A DNA stretch of 60,761 bases, filler included, from Sphacelaria rigidula (lineage: Eukaryota), in NCBI GenBank assembly GCA_964200075.2. It is 8 parts of 8 records of this genome, joined end to end, with 100 filler letters (N's around TTAATTAATTAA, not from the genome) between each part and the next. Parts side by side here need not be neighbours in the genome. Positions count along the whole stretch, not along the records: positions 45,648 to 53,154 come from CAXNAA020014589.1; positions 53,255 to 60,761 come from CAXNAA020014590.1; 6 more parts are not named here. One strand, 5' to 3'. Made by a program: the position numbers and the translations under genes. The notes under the pieces are model-generated. The model was not told the DNA's origin, did not search any database, and saw nothing but the letters and a program-made list of their open reading frames with translations. Numbering within the stretch: the first letter of the stretch is position 1; each line of letters begins with the position of its first letter. Below, in pieces: positions 46,613 through 59,144 of this stretch.

Positions 46613-49600
46613 GAGCTTCCGTCTGATTCGATTGTGCTGCCGGTCAATAACTTCAGCGCCGACTACCTTCAGCTGAGCGTGTGCTCTGAGGGTTTCAGCG
46701 AGGCGAAGCTCCGGCAATTTGGTCAGGCAAGTACCTCTTTTCTAGTTTGACGCAGGGCTACGAGCTTTGTGCGTGTTGTCTGGTCAACACAGCACCAAAT
46801 GATGTCTCGCGTAACTATTCTCTCACCCGATTTCCCCGACAACAGTTTCCCAAAGACATCAAAGGCAACCATCCAACAAACAGAAAAGAATCATGCATAT
46901 ATGCATCACGTTTTTTTGCCCCCCCTCCACACTTCAAAGTACGTATTAATGACAAGCCCCGGGAGTAGGTTCTCCCCTACCCCTCCCCAGTGCAGCTTCC
47001 CAGCGTAGTTTGTCGCAGCGGGCGTAGCCACCACGACAGAGGAACATGTTTTCCTACTTTAAGGACAAGAATTAAAATGCCTGTTCTAAACGCCGGAAAC
47101 AAGCGCACGGTATTGTCGGGGTATTGCAGTCAAGTAACCCCTACGTGCTTTTTCATGCGCGCTTTCCGCTTGTTTTGTACTTTTTGGGACGTCACACGAC
47201 TCGTTTTCCGGAGGAGATACAACGTTTTCATTTATGATTCGACAGGTGTGCAGCACCGCCGACAATCACCACGGCTGCTTGTTTCAAGGAGTTTCGCGCA
47301 CGCGAAGACCCGATGTCTCTCACGACAATCTGCGTTTCAGCTGCAGATATGATATTGATGTTCGTGGGCATGATAATGATATTGAGCATTTGGTTGCTGT
47401 ACCCTCGGGTTGAGATGGGATGTGGGGTGTAGAAGGCGGACCAGAACCGTCAATGCTGAAAAAGCCGACGGAAAGTTTCTAGAACCAACCGCATCGTTTA
47501 GAACGGGCTCAGGTCGATGCTGCGAGGCCAGCTAGACGATGATGAGGGCTCTCACTCTTTTGCTGAGAAATCCGAAACCTTAAGGGCCCAGAACAGCGTA
47601 GCGGACTCGGGGTGGTATCGCACTAAGAATCTTTTTGCTGCAGTCTTCAAAAACACGAGTAGGGTAAGCAAACTTGACGGGCGGGGCACGAAAAATGACG
47701 AAAGCGAGGTCGGCGAGCCAAATGACTCCAGACAGCTCTTGCGTTGGCTTGGTCGATTTTGGTATGGTGTGTGTGTGGCGAGGGTTGAGAACGTTCGCGG
47801 GGGTTCCACTTGTGTTGTTTAAATCACCTTGTGGGCAGACGTTGGAAAGGTGCGTTGTCTTATCCCCGACTCTGCCTTACATTGTACCAGCGGTAGGGTT
47901 TGTTGGTATAGTTTGTGAGCCTCCTGTTCCGATTTTCGAGAGCAGTAGTATATATAGCCTGCGTGCTTGCCTTGTCCACCTTAATGGGCTGATACACCTT
48001 TGTCTCGAGAGTAGAGCATCTCTCCCTTCTTCCCAGTGTCTACGAAATATGTTGTGATGAGCCTCCGAGAAAATGGGCTTCCGAAACTCTCTGTTGTACT
48101 TCTCCGGTGCGCTGACGGTGTGGCGGGTACTCGCGATCGATGGCTCAACCCAGGGCATTTGAGGCACGCCCGGACAAAGCTGTCCTGTCCGTCTTAGTGC
48201 TACCGTATATCGATTTTCGCCCACAAGTGAAAAAACGCTGGTACGTCCATTTGTAGGCAGCGTTTCTTCGGTAGGTGTTAAAGGTGAAAGGCAACCCGAC
48301 TCTGACCGTGCCGAATCATCGTCAGCATCAGGATTACCATCATTATCGTCATTGTTATCGTCATTGTCATCGTCATTGTCATCGTCAACATCAGTACCAT
48401 TATAATAATATGAAGGCACAAAAAAGCACAAATGATTCCCTGATCTCGGCGAATCATCCCGCAGCCCCTTGCACGCCCCCTAATCCCGACACCACACCAT
48501 ACAGCACTACACACACACATATATATATGTACACACATCGTGTTGCTGATACGTACCCCCTTCCTCCGACGGGTGTTCGCCACTTGGTCGATGGCGGAAT
48601 TTCTCCGAAACATCTTTTTCAGATAACGCTAACGCTTACGCTAACGCTAACGCTAACGCTTACGCTAACAGTATTGGGGATCATGAATCGGACAGTCGAT
48701 CTGATCTCCGATTGATCGCCGATTCTCCAATATCGAGATCGAGAATATTTTGGCCACGATTCTGATTCCGAATCGAGATCGAAGATCGAAGATCGGAGAT
48801 CGCGATTCCGATCTTTTTACTCACGGAGCCCCCCCGAGGTACACATACTCCATTTTTTACCCTGCGGGCCCCCATTTTTCACACCACATATGCCCATACA
48901 GCAATCGTCCCGGCGGCCTTTTAAGTGTACTCCTGTGCACCATATACCGTGTCGTGCACCTGCGCTAAGCATCCTGCGTTACAAGCGGTAGCAGCTCGAA
49001 ATGACGCAAGCTACCGGTACTCGTAAGAGGGCAAGATCGAGATCGAAAGATCGAGATCGGAAGATCGGCCGAATCCCTGAAGATCGAAAAAAGACGATCG
49101 GGTTTGTTTTTGCCTCTATCTCCAAATTCAGATCGAGGCTGATTTTGGCGACGATCTCCAACACTGAACGCTAACGCTAACGCTATCCTTAACCCCAACC
49201 CAAGGCATACCGAGAACCCTCGGGCGAGGGGGGTGTGAAGCGTTCCCTAGGCAAAGTGTGGCGTTGGCAGACCTCAAAACGGCACCGCAGGCGCGGATTT
49301 CGACCGATAACGCATTCTGCGCACGCGAGGGGCAGTTGGGGCTGTCAGCCCCGTTAAAGATCCGAATATCGGTGTTTACACTCAAATCAAGTGATACAAT
49401 TCCGGGAAGGTTCTAATCGACCAAGGGGTAAACACTACTGCTTCCTCCCCACACATCCCTGGACACAGGTAACCATGGGGCGGTGCGATGACGGCGGCGA
49501 GAACGCCTTTCGCACGTGCGATCTTTGGGTGCCTCCTTACACCCTCACGGCGGTAGCCTTCCCGCCGGACGTCACGTACATCCACTTAGAGAAGTGCGTC

Positions 49601-49804
49601 TTCGTCTCGTCTTCATCATCGTCATCGTCCTTGTCTCTGGACGATGACGCAGGTAGCGGCAGTGATGACGGGAGCGGGGTAGATGGGGACGGCGATATCG
49701 AGGAGTGCTTGGCGACTGAGATGCCTTTGGAGTACTACGGTACGCCGTTGCTGTGGCCGAGCTCGATCGACGTGGAGTACTCTACGGCCACGCTTTGCGA
49801 AAGG
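46613..49804 (+). CDS. Probable oligopeptidase B / prolyl oligopeptidase (S9A) N-terminal propeller, partial spliced gene. Candidate exons 46613-46726, 47513-47663, 47839-47905, 48037-~48120, 49469-49804
   Basis: Peptides ADYLQLSVCSEGFSEAKL, WYRTKN, GFVVSTKYVVMSLRENGLPKLSVV, AVAFPPDVTYIHL and SSIDVEYSTAT fall in the order of recalled oligopeptidase B segments (YVVIHLASATTSEVRL, LYRTR, WLVVEERQRGLTSL, IAFDDPAYV, LRYGYSSMTTP). The middle three exons are phase-compatible; other junctions are unresolved. Confidence 0.5.
48624..49200. repeat. Intronic element with (CTAACG)n arrays flanking GATCG-rich blocks
   Basis: (CTAACG/CTTACG) about 7.5 copies at 48624-48669 and about 3 copies at 49167-49186. 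Dense GATC/GATCG words at 48679-48813 and 49035-49158. Confidence 0.8.
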
Positions 49805-50314
49805 GTGGGTTCGAGTTACGAGTAGTGAAACGCGCACGAGAGAGCGAATGGCAAAGAATGAGGAGAAGAAAGATGGCACTTCGTGTTGAACCATCAGCCA
49901 AGTCAGTATTTATCTAGGTCGATTGTGCGACTATGTACTGCCTATCAGACTCGAGTGTTGAACCTATGATTCGAGCAAATCACAGTGCTGGAAATCCACC
50001 TCGTACTCGAGAAGAACCTTGGGCTGTAGATTCTTGGGGAGAAGTTGCTGTGTACCGCGGATGTCCTACGTGTTGTTTGCGTTTTTTTTATATCGGAACC
50101 ATGCATGCACACGTACTCATGTGCTCATGACTAGCAACGCGGAGGCGAAGGCGGTAAAACTCGCATTCAGGGTTCTGCCGGTGTGGACACGCCTCCAAGC
50201 ATTGTCACCAGAGCAAACCTCCTACCCCTTTGTAACGAAGGCAACACATTGTCTCATGAGCAAGGGAGATAAACTCTAAGACAAAGGAAGGAAGAACAGG
50301 TACCCTGGGGAAGG

Positions 50315-50556
50315 GTGATGCTACGGTAGGGGTGCAAAACATGTTGTCTGAGGTCAGAATTGTTAGGAGCCCCTCATCTCATCCAAAACGCGACTTATGA
50401 AATATGTGGGAGTACGCCAGGGGTTACTAGTCCAATGTGCTAGGGATGTCTCGAATGAATTTACGAACGGAGATGCCCTGACCCCATATTCTTGCGCATC
50501 TATAATCCTTAGGAGCCCCTGAACTAGACAAGATTTTGCCCTACCGTAGCGTTGCT
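50315..50556 (-). mobile_element. MITE family A, uninterrupted copy
   Basis: GTGATGCTACGGTAGGGG ... CCCTACCGTAGCGTTGCT terminal inverted repeats; body matches the copies in contigs 1 and 5. Confidence 0.88.
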
Positions 50557-51399
50557 CGGAACGTGCCTGATTTGAACCCGATCAGAAATACCGAAGCCCG
50601 AGTCGTAAGTTGTCGCGCCCTGAACTCTCCCGGTGTTGACAAAAAGAGAAGCAAATGTAGGTAGGCACCATTCCAATGAAACACGCAAGTCGATGCTTGC
50701 CGGTTGACTGGCATGTCCCGTCGCTTGAATGTATGGTGCTGTTTCTTACGTATCACCGTTTCATGTGCCTCGTCGTAGTATCCGTCACGTTCGAAACGGA
50801 CGTCGACGAAACGGTTTTTACCCTAAAACACGTAAGGCGCACGCATCGGTATCGCCCGTTCTCCCCGTCATTTTACCTTAGTCTTACTCCTTGACCCGTC
50901 CCGCACACAAGCAGCGTGGAGCTAGTCATTTCTCGGTCGGGATGGTTTCTCGGCACCGCGAACGTTGAACACGAAACCCGGCGTTCAAGCTTTAACCTTC
51001 GTTTCACACTTAGATACATGCGCACGTGTCCTGTTTGATCACCTGACGAAGGAAACGAAATCGACCCTATGCTGTTGCGATTCCGATCGAGCAGGACGAA
51101 CATTGCCCCGGATCGTTTTGTGATCTTCAGCAGCAGCCAAGGACGTGTGCGCCCAAGCTTGGAGAACACTTCAGCCGCAGCGGTTCTCACTTCTTGGATT
51201 CCCGATGGGAATTGATGGATTTAGACGTGACTAGTGCTGTGTAGATGATGATCACTCGCAGTGGTATGTAGTGCAGTAAGCGGTATACCAGAAGCAACGT
51301 CAACACGTGAAGGTGTGTGAAGGGACAACCAGCCAGCAGAGCGAAGGGAACTCCTGTTGCTGTTAAGCCGTTTGATAATGTATCCTGGAGACAGGGGGG

Positions 51400-52225
51400 G
51401 GGGGCGTGTACTCACGACTCTGCATACTGTAGTCATGAGACCACTGACCTCGCATCCCTACGAAGCCGGGACGGAACACGCCGGGTTTTTGCCGAACCAG
51501 GCTCGCAATCACCAAGCGCGAAGCGCCAATTTGTGTCCGGCGTGTCGCATGAGGGGTGAGCTGCATCCTTCTAAGATTATTCCGCCCGAAGCGTGCTGAT
51601 TATCTTGCACATGGATGACAGCCTCAAATAAGTTCTTTCATTTCCTAGCATCGCCACTTCCAGATACTGCCGCGGGTTCCACATTGCCTGATCGAAAAGA
51701 TGATCATGCATGCCATAGTCATATGACCATTGCCCTCGCATCCCTGCAAAGCCGCGACGGAGCACGCCGGGTTTCGCCGGACCAGGCTCGAAATCAATCA
51801 TCAGGCGCGAAGCGCCGTGATGTGTTTGGCGAATTGCATGAAGGGTGAGCTGCATCCTGCTAAGATTGTTCCGCCTGAAGCGTATTGATTATCCTGCATT
51901 TGGATGCAGCCTCCAATGCGTTGCTTCATTTTCTGGTATCGCCACTTCCAGAGACAGCCGCGGGTCGTACACCGCCTCATTTTCGCCTCACCATGAAACA
52001 CTACGTAGTATGATCATCCTTTTTGCGCGGAATTGAGGTTCTCTCACCCTGCCCAATGTGATCTGGCTGGACCACCATCATGGTTACCGCGAAAAAACGC
52101 AAGCACAACAAATCGGTAACCTAGTTACCCAGCTTGCACAGTGAGTGGCGTGTTTTACAGCGTCATTGCCAACCGACGCCAACCCCATAGCAGGGGGGGG
52201 GGCGTCCCTACAAAGCCGGGTGAGG
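51400..52225 (+). repeat. Repeat family C, tandemly duplicated unit of about 300 bp plus extension
   Basis: GACCA(C/T)TG.CCTCGCATCCCT..AAGCCG.GACGGA.CACGCCGGG...GGGTGAGCTGCATCCT at 51440-51570 and 51725-51860. Homologous to 60100-60660, 15218-15280 (reverse) and, in part, 38590-38925 (reverse). Confidence 0.85.
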
Positions 52226-52996
52226 GGGGTCTCGTGTTATGCAAGCATTAGCTCTCGAGGCCGTTGTTGCACAGTAGGTGAATACACATCATCCGCCGAA
52301 TCCCAGTTCGGATTATTTCGGTTGTTTTCGACGTGTGAGACGTCGTGCTCTCAAAACATTTACCACACGCATACGCCATTCAGTCGTACCTTCAGACGAG
52401 TATCGTCGGAGTTGCTAATTCCAAACTGTTTTTGTTTTTGCTATTTCACTGCAGAAATACATGAAACCAATTCTTATGGAACCCCTTGAAAATCAAAGCC
52501 TATGAAAGAAATCCGGCTATGTCACGCTCTTCAGCTATCCATGGCGGTCAGTATGACATCATGTATGCGACTGTTGGGTAGGTTTTGCAGAAGGGATCTG
52601 CTGATGACACAATTCTGGGTGATGGCGTGAACCAGCTCGTAGGGGGTGGCAATTGGAGAGGCTTCAGCCACTCATGAGTAGAGGACATTTCATGTAGAGT
52701 GTATGGTTCATGACCCCCTCTGTCGCTACTAACACGGGATTTTACAAATTGGGGATGGATCTTTGACTGGGGATGAAAACCCGGAGGATTAAAATCTTCG
52801 TATCCACACCAAATCTTCAAAGTATTCTTCCATTTCTTCACTTGCTGGTAACTATTGACAACTACTACACGCCATACAAATTTGGATTTCGATAACCGAA
52901 ATTTCGGGGTCCTAGATGAATCAATTTCGGCGTCCGATCGGACACCTAAAATCCCCCAGAATTGATTCTTCACCGAGGACCCCGATATTTCGGTTA

Positions 52997-53085
52997 TGTG
53001 TGCGTGTGTTGTCGTCCCATCTGTTCTGGACGCCGGGCTACACCTTTCGGTATATGTGGGCACACCAGCCGGGGTCACACAGGAG
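52997..53085 (-). mobile_element. Non-LTR retroelement 3'-end fragment (same family as 1230-1491)
   Basis: TGTGTGCGTGTGTTGTCGTCCCATCTGTTCTGGACGCCGGGCTACACCTTTCGGTATATGTGGG...CCAGCCGGGGTCACAC. Confidence 0.8.
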
Positions 53086-53967
53086 TTTTTTTTCGGGCAA
53101 TGGCCTAGAAAAGGTATACCTTCTCGTTTTTTGCCTAGGAAAGGTACGAAAAATNNNNNNNNNNNNNNNNNNNNNNNNNNNNNNNNNNNNNNNNNNNNTT
53201 AATTAATTAANNNNNNNNNNNNNNNNNNNNNNNNNNNNNNNNNNNNNNNNNNNNAGGAAGGGAGAAGGGGGAAGTGGGGGGGAGGGGGAAGCAAAAGAAA
53301 AAACAACAACACGGGACCTTGCGGTCAAAAATCGGGCACGAGACACAAAGCAAACAGCTGAACATCATAAAAAAAAAAGCTTCGAATAAAAAAAACATTA
53401 CTCAAGGGACAGAAGGCGTCGCGACGGGAGACACACAACAAGTGCACGGAGACAAACGAGAGTGGTCGAACGCTACCTGCAACGCAGAAAACCCTCGAGA
53501 ACGGTCAAGGCATCTCGTGTCAGGATGCACCAAACGTACGTTCACTGCCCATGAGCGCTCCTTCGCAAACTGCGCCGTCAACACCTCTCAATTTTTTGCC
53601 GCCTCACGTACGGCACCGTACTTGCAGCTTCTTCAATTTTCACCGCTATTTTGCCATACCAACGGGTACTGTAATACTGTCTACCATTATCTCGCCTCGG
53701 AACGAGAGCCTAGTGTCAAGGTGTGTGGACCTACCTCTCTCACCGTATCTGCCTTGCACTACTGCAGACCGGCAACTTCCATCGGATCCTACCGCTACCG
53801 CCAACTCTCACTCTAATGTTGCTGGATGATGACACCCCGCTGCCGGGATTCGAAGACATGAAAATCTGTCCAAAACCTTGTGCTCGTGTGTTATCAATAG
53901 CTTAAACCAGGGAGCGGTGTACTCGCGGTGCACAAGTATGCCACGAATGTGTTGTCGAGCTCCATAC

Positions 53968-54078
53968 CTCATCGAGGTCCGCTTCCACCTCATCCTTGCC
54001 CTTGCTGGCGTCCTCCGGGACCAAAGTTTCCATCATGCACACCAGCAAACCCGACCACAGAGTGGAGTTCTCCTTCAC
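53968..54078 (-). CDS. CSE1: CSE1/exportin-2 exon 7 seen (VKENSTLWSGLLVCMMETLVPEDASKGKDEVEADLDE)
   Basis: CAG/GTATG boundaries, 37 codons, phase 0. 'LW..LL' helix followed by an acidic loop, as in the CSE1 C-terminus. Confidence 0.8.
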
Positions 54079-54974
54079 CTGATTTTGACAAGCATTATCC
54101 ATGGATCGCGAAGAGTGTGCAGAAGGGCGTTGTGAAGCACAAGTAAGCACACGCAAATACACAAACATGGAGAAGAAAAAAATAGGGGAAAGTATTTAAG
54201 GGAGAATACATATAAAAGGAAAAATAAGAGTAATTGGAGAAGGTACAATTTAAAAACCTCCACTAATATACCTGGAACAAAAAAAAATGGACGGATAAGA
54301 CAACAGAAAGCAAGTTATTAGAGCTCACCAAATATCCAAAAATAAACCATACTGAGCGATATGGGTCAAGATCAAAACCACATTCTTCTTCATCTCACAC
54401 ACACCGTCAACACCTTCACCGAGCAGAAACACACACAAATGTGTTGAATAAAAAACAGCACAAGATACTTTCTCTTCGCCACGACACGGGGGGTCGACAA
54501 CCGCAGACATCTGCCGCCGCTGCATACTAATTCATGTTCACACCCCTCGACAATAGATCGCCCTGTCAAAAAGTGTACTGCGTACAGTATCGACTATTGC
54601 GTCTAGTACAAATAGACAACAGATTCCATACTGTATGCGGTACACTTTTTGATAACGTAATCTAACGTCCAGAGCGCGGTAGTTCTACGGATCAACGCAC
54701 AGTTTTTGACTCATCCGCTAGGAGTCATAATCCAGTCATGGGCATTATCCACAAGATACATATACCCGAGAAGAAAAAAAATATCCTCGGCAACACCGGC
54801 TAAATACTGTGCGGTACGTGAACCATAGCCCGGCGCAAACACGGAAGTGAAGCCAAGGATCTGCAAGCGCGTCTTACCTCGCGCAATTCGCGCGCCCAGC
54901 CTGTTCCTACCCTGCAAAATACTACTCATTAGGACACACATACACAGGCTTCGCTTCGAGACCATTTGACTCAC

Positions 54975-55098
54975 CTCAGCGCTTTCGCACATGAGCTTGG
55001 TCATCCCGATCACCTGAACTTTCCTCTCTGTTGGGGACAGCACGAGGTGGTTCGAGAAATTCGGGATCCACACCTGCGACAGGATCTTGTTCACCATC
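54975..55098 (-). CDS. CSE1: CSE1/exportin-2 exon 6 ((G)MVNKILSQVWIPNFSNHLVLSPTERKVQVIGMTKLMCESAE)
   Basis: CAG/GTGAG boundaries; GG+G=Gly junction; ERK...G.TKL motif. Confidence 0.9.
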
Positions 55099-55934
55099 CT
55101 GGTAGCACCATCAAAAACCATTTTTTTTTCATTAAAAAAAACAGAGACAGGAAGACAAAGAAGGCACAAGAAAAAAAAGAAAAACAGAAACAAGAACGAT
55201 ATATTTAAGGGTGACTGAAGAACTAGAGTGTTATCTTGAATGATTTTGATTGGATGCCGTTCAAGAAGTAACCAGCCGCGAGTATTACCATTCGCAAAAT
55301 CGACCTCGAGGAACGGCAGGAAAAAAAGAAAAGATCAAAGTATGACGAACCTCGTCGTGCGAGCGAAATGAATGCCAAAGTCGACCCGTACAGTGAACGG
55401 GCTGTGACGTTGCGAACCCTCACGGGTAGTGCAAAAAAAACATGTGGGCAGAGAAATGATAGGGAGAAGCGAACCAGAAAAACAGAACATGGAGCAGTGC
55501 ACGTTTAAAATAACAGCAGACCGCCGCTGATTTCGCTCGCGTACACAGCTATTCTTCACTCCTGACACAAGCTATAACAATCCCCAGTGATGATACCACC
55601 GAAACACGTGAACAACGCCATAAACGACAAGAAACAACGATAACGAAAACGTTCAGACCGATAATTAGCACGTTAAGGTCAAGGTGAACGCGCACGCTAA
55701 TGACTGACAACGAACAAGTTAATAACAAGGTGAACGAACATCATAACGACCAATGAACACGTTATTGAAAAGGTGAACAGGAGCACACCACCACCACTAG
55801 CAACAACCCCAAAAACTAATAAATGACACCTTAATGCTAACAACGGCAGTAGCAGCAGCAGCAGCAACAACAGCAACAACAACTACGGCAAGTAGCAGTA
55901 GTAACAACAGCAAGCACGTTTCTACTCCTCTCAC

Positions 55935-56110
55935 CCGGGCTCCTGCGCCTGCAAGCACTGCTCGAACGACGCTACGCCATACTTGACGATGAAGGTGCTC
56001 ATGAAGATCGTCATGTACCGCACGTACTTTACGGTCTTGTTCACCATCAGCCGCCGCAAAACCAGGTTCAATATCAAGTGCATGTACTTTTCCAATCGCG
56101 AGTACTCCAA
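55935..56110 (-). CDS. CSE1: CSE1/exportin-2 exon 5 (LEYSRLEKYMHLILNLVLRRLMVNKTVKYVR...QEPG)
   Basis: CAG/GTGAG boundaries; RL...KT.K motif. Confidence 0.92.
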
Positions 56111-56513
56111 CTGCGTCAAACACAAAATAGAGGCGAATACACCAAGCCGAGCCAACCAGCCGAGCAGGAAAGGGGAAAAAAAAAAACAGGGTGTTGACTT
56201 GATACCTCACCAAAGGCTACGAGTACAACACAGGGGGCGGAAACAATGTGCGCGCCGACTAAATGAAGAAAAAGAAGGAAACAAAAAGGGAACTTCTATC
56301 GATCACTGATACTTCGTTCTTCCACAACTGCTCCCCTGAAACACTATGCACACACAAGCGAGTAGCGAAGACAGAAGGAGCAAGCGAAAAAAAAACACAC
56401 ACATACACAGACACAATGAAAACTCAAGCAAACCTCTATTTGTAGAAACCACTATATACAGAGAGAGGGAGTCGGAGAGAGGCAGACAGGCCGACAAAAT
56501 TAGAACAACTCAC

Positions 56514-56651
56514 GTTCATAACTATGGTGCCCAAAAGGTTAAACGCGAAAGCCTCATTGGCCTTCGACGACAACAACTTGCGGAACACTCCCAGGACCGG
56601 TTCCAGGTGACCCCAGTCTGCCACTGCCGTGGCATTTTGACGCAGATAAGC
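56514..56651 (-). CDS. CSE1: CSE1/exportin-2 exon 4 (AYLRQNATAVADWGHLEPVLGVFRKLLSSKANEAFAFNLLGTIVMN)
   Basis: CAG/GTGAG boundaries, 46 codons; LGVF.KL..SKAN motif. Confidence 0.95.
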
Positions 56652-57118
56652 CTGCAGCAATGCACAACAAAAAACAACGGACACAGGGCACAATCGAGGC
56701 AAGAGATATAATAAGGGGGAGGCGTGTTCATTCGTTGCTTGCATTAGTCATTGATCATTGACCAAATTAGGAATAATAAGGAGAAGAGCATTGCACGTCA
56801 TAATCCAAAGTGAGCGACACGAGCAACCAGCAACGTCAACGTCAACCTGCAAGTCCACGCCCACGGAAGAGGACGAGAAAACCAAGGACGGTGGGGGCAA
56901 AGTGTCAACACTTAGAGCACACAGACAGCTTGCGCCAACAACTATGAAATTCACGCTTTAATATGTGTACTCGTATGTTATGCTTGATGCCCCACACACC
57001 TACTGCACCGCACATGCGCACGTTTGACCAGCCTCCCATAACCTGCAACACTCGAAAAACCCGTAACCTTTATCCTGGACAATGACACATCAAGTCACAA
57101 GACGCACAACTCCGTCAC

Positions 57119-57205
57119 CTGAAGGAGCCGTGAAACGGCCGGCACGTTCCCTTTCCGTTCCCATACTGGCGGTGCAAGCAGCGGCGCGAACAGGTTCTTG
57201 TACCC
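57119..57205 (-). CDS. CSE1: CSE1/exportin-2 exon 3 (GYKNLFAPLLAPPVWERKGNVPAVSRLLQ)
   Basis: CAG/GTGAC boundaries, 29 codons; LL.P..WER.GN.PA..RLLQ motif. Confidence 0.96.
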
Positions 57206-58035
57206 CTGTACAGGTGTCATCATCCAACAGGTAGCGCAGTAAAAATTCAACGGCGCCAGGGCGCAGAGCGAGAACGCACTGTCGACGAACGCGGTCATTA
57301 TCCAACGCAGAGCAATCACATCCAACAGTGTTGGTACTCACGGCGGAACGGTCAGCGCAGGGAGGAAATCGAGCGTTCATGTCTACGTCTCCGTATTATA
57401 CAAGTGCTCAAGAAGTAGGTGGTCAAACAAGGATGAACCCTGCACGAGCTGAAACGGTTGCCGTCTATCATGCCGAAAAAAAAGTATCACAGACAAAAAA
57501 AAATGGTGACTGTTTTTTTATTCCCTGAATGGGAGCAGGCAGCGGGAAGATGATGAAGAATGACCAAGGGACATCAGGGAGCAACAAAAACAACACACAC
57601 ACGCACACACACACACACGCACGTCGAACGAATCAAGCGGAGAGGACCGACGACGAGTCAAGCTCATTTTACGTCTGTTGCTCCTCTCACTGCATGTCTC
57701 TGGTTTTTCAATTTGTCGATTGATCCATTGATTCGTTAATTTTTCGTTTCATCCTGGTTACATCAAGTAATATTACAACAGAGCAAAACAAACACAAGAA
57801 ACGTGTCCAGTTTTTTCAGTTATTGTTCGGAGAGAAAAACTCAACTCTCTTGGTGAGCTGGAGAGGAGCGACGACTATCCCAGGTCTCTCACAACTCACG
57901 ATAACTTTCGCCGTTGTAAACAACTCTGACGCGTTCAAAGCCGTACTACTCCAACAGCAAAATGACACACCAATTAACTTGGAAGGAAAATTCGAACGCA
58001 AGCAACTCGACAAAAAAAACTCCACCGTCGCTCAC

Positions 58036-58128
58036 GTCGCTGAAGTCCCCCGGTGGTCGGAGCTCCAACAGCTGCGAAAATATCTGAAAGACGTACGGCA
58101 TGAACTCCACCACGTCGTTCGTCAGCAC
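58036..58128 (-). CDS. CSE1: CSE1/exportin-2 exon 2 (VLTNDVVEFMPYVFQIFSQLLELRPPGDFSD)
   Basis: CAG/GTGAG boundaries, 31 codons; DV.EF.PYVFQ...LLE motif. Confidence 0.97.
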
Positions 58129-59144
58129 CTGCATGTACACCAGTATAGGTCATTCTCCAATCGTCAGTATCCAGCGCCGCGGTGATTAGTCTAACCGTTA
58201 CATGTTAAAACCAGGAAATATTTTTCTCCCACTGAGTTACACGCGAGGACGCAAGTAGAACAAAACAATTTCAGGTACATCGGCACGGTGCGGAGGTGGT
58301 TACATCCCATTCGCGGTACCAAGATGTCAAGAGATGTCGACTAGAGAAGGAGGTGGGTTAATCCCGTCAAGACTGCTTCGGATTGGTCCCTGAGGAAGGA
58401 GAGCGGTAATATGAACGTACGATCATCGTTTATTCTCAAACACTACGAATACCTCGTCCACATGAAACGTACAGCACTATCCACAAAAAAAACAGAAGAA
58501 ACCCGTCCACCACAGACGGTAGCCATCAATCACTACACAGATAGTTGCCAACATTTTTCACACACACCTCGTGTACGGTGTCCTTGCTCAACCTTTCAGA
58601 TGCTCACAGGGTACTACACTTCTACTTCTTTCTTCTCGTGCCCGCTGAACGTTTTGCGCTCCCGTGAAATATAGATCGGATTTCAGGCGAAAGTCCGACA
58701 AATAAACAAAAAAATCGAAAAATATTCCGAACTCAGAATCAACAAGGACATTTCCCCGTATATAGATGTAGATACATAGCAATCAATTGGCTTAATGGCC
58801 ACTGTCCTCAGGAGCTACGAGTATATATTCCAAAACCCTCTAAATCGGTGAAACAGGGGAAGGGTAGGGGGTGCTACGCATGTCAACGCGCCAATATCCA
58901 CCACGTTGCAGCCGTATCAAGTTACAACAATCCAAGCAGAACGGTGGTGCCTGGGGGCTACCTGCTGGCGAGGATAAATCCATATTTGGCTCGGAAACAA
59001 CTGAGATATCTATTGATATATATATACATATCCGCACTTTATATCCCCCCAACAAACGGGCCGGAGACAGTATTCTTACTGGGAGAGAATCTGCAGCGCC
59101 TTCCCCCCCCCCCCCGCCCCACCTACACGCGGCGTACAGCATAC

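Noticed and set aside
51034..51090. Hammerhead ribozyme-like core (CTGACGA...GAAA-TCG...CGA-TT)
   Set aside because: Stem II is essentially absent and the first two pairs of stem I mismatch. A covariance-model search would be needed, and a chance match is likely.
51400..52225. CRISPR-like array
   Set aside because: Units are about 300 bp, diverged, lack unique spacers and sit in eukaryotic DNA with no cas genes.
53400..53477. Possible next CSE1 exon (CAG|VAFDHSRLSP...)
   Set aside because: Acceptor and phase are plausible, but similarity to the CSE1 C-terminus and the donor site are unconvincing.
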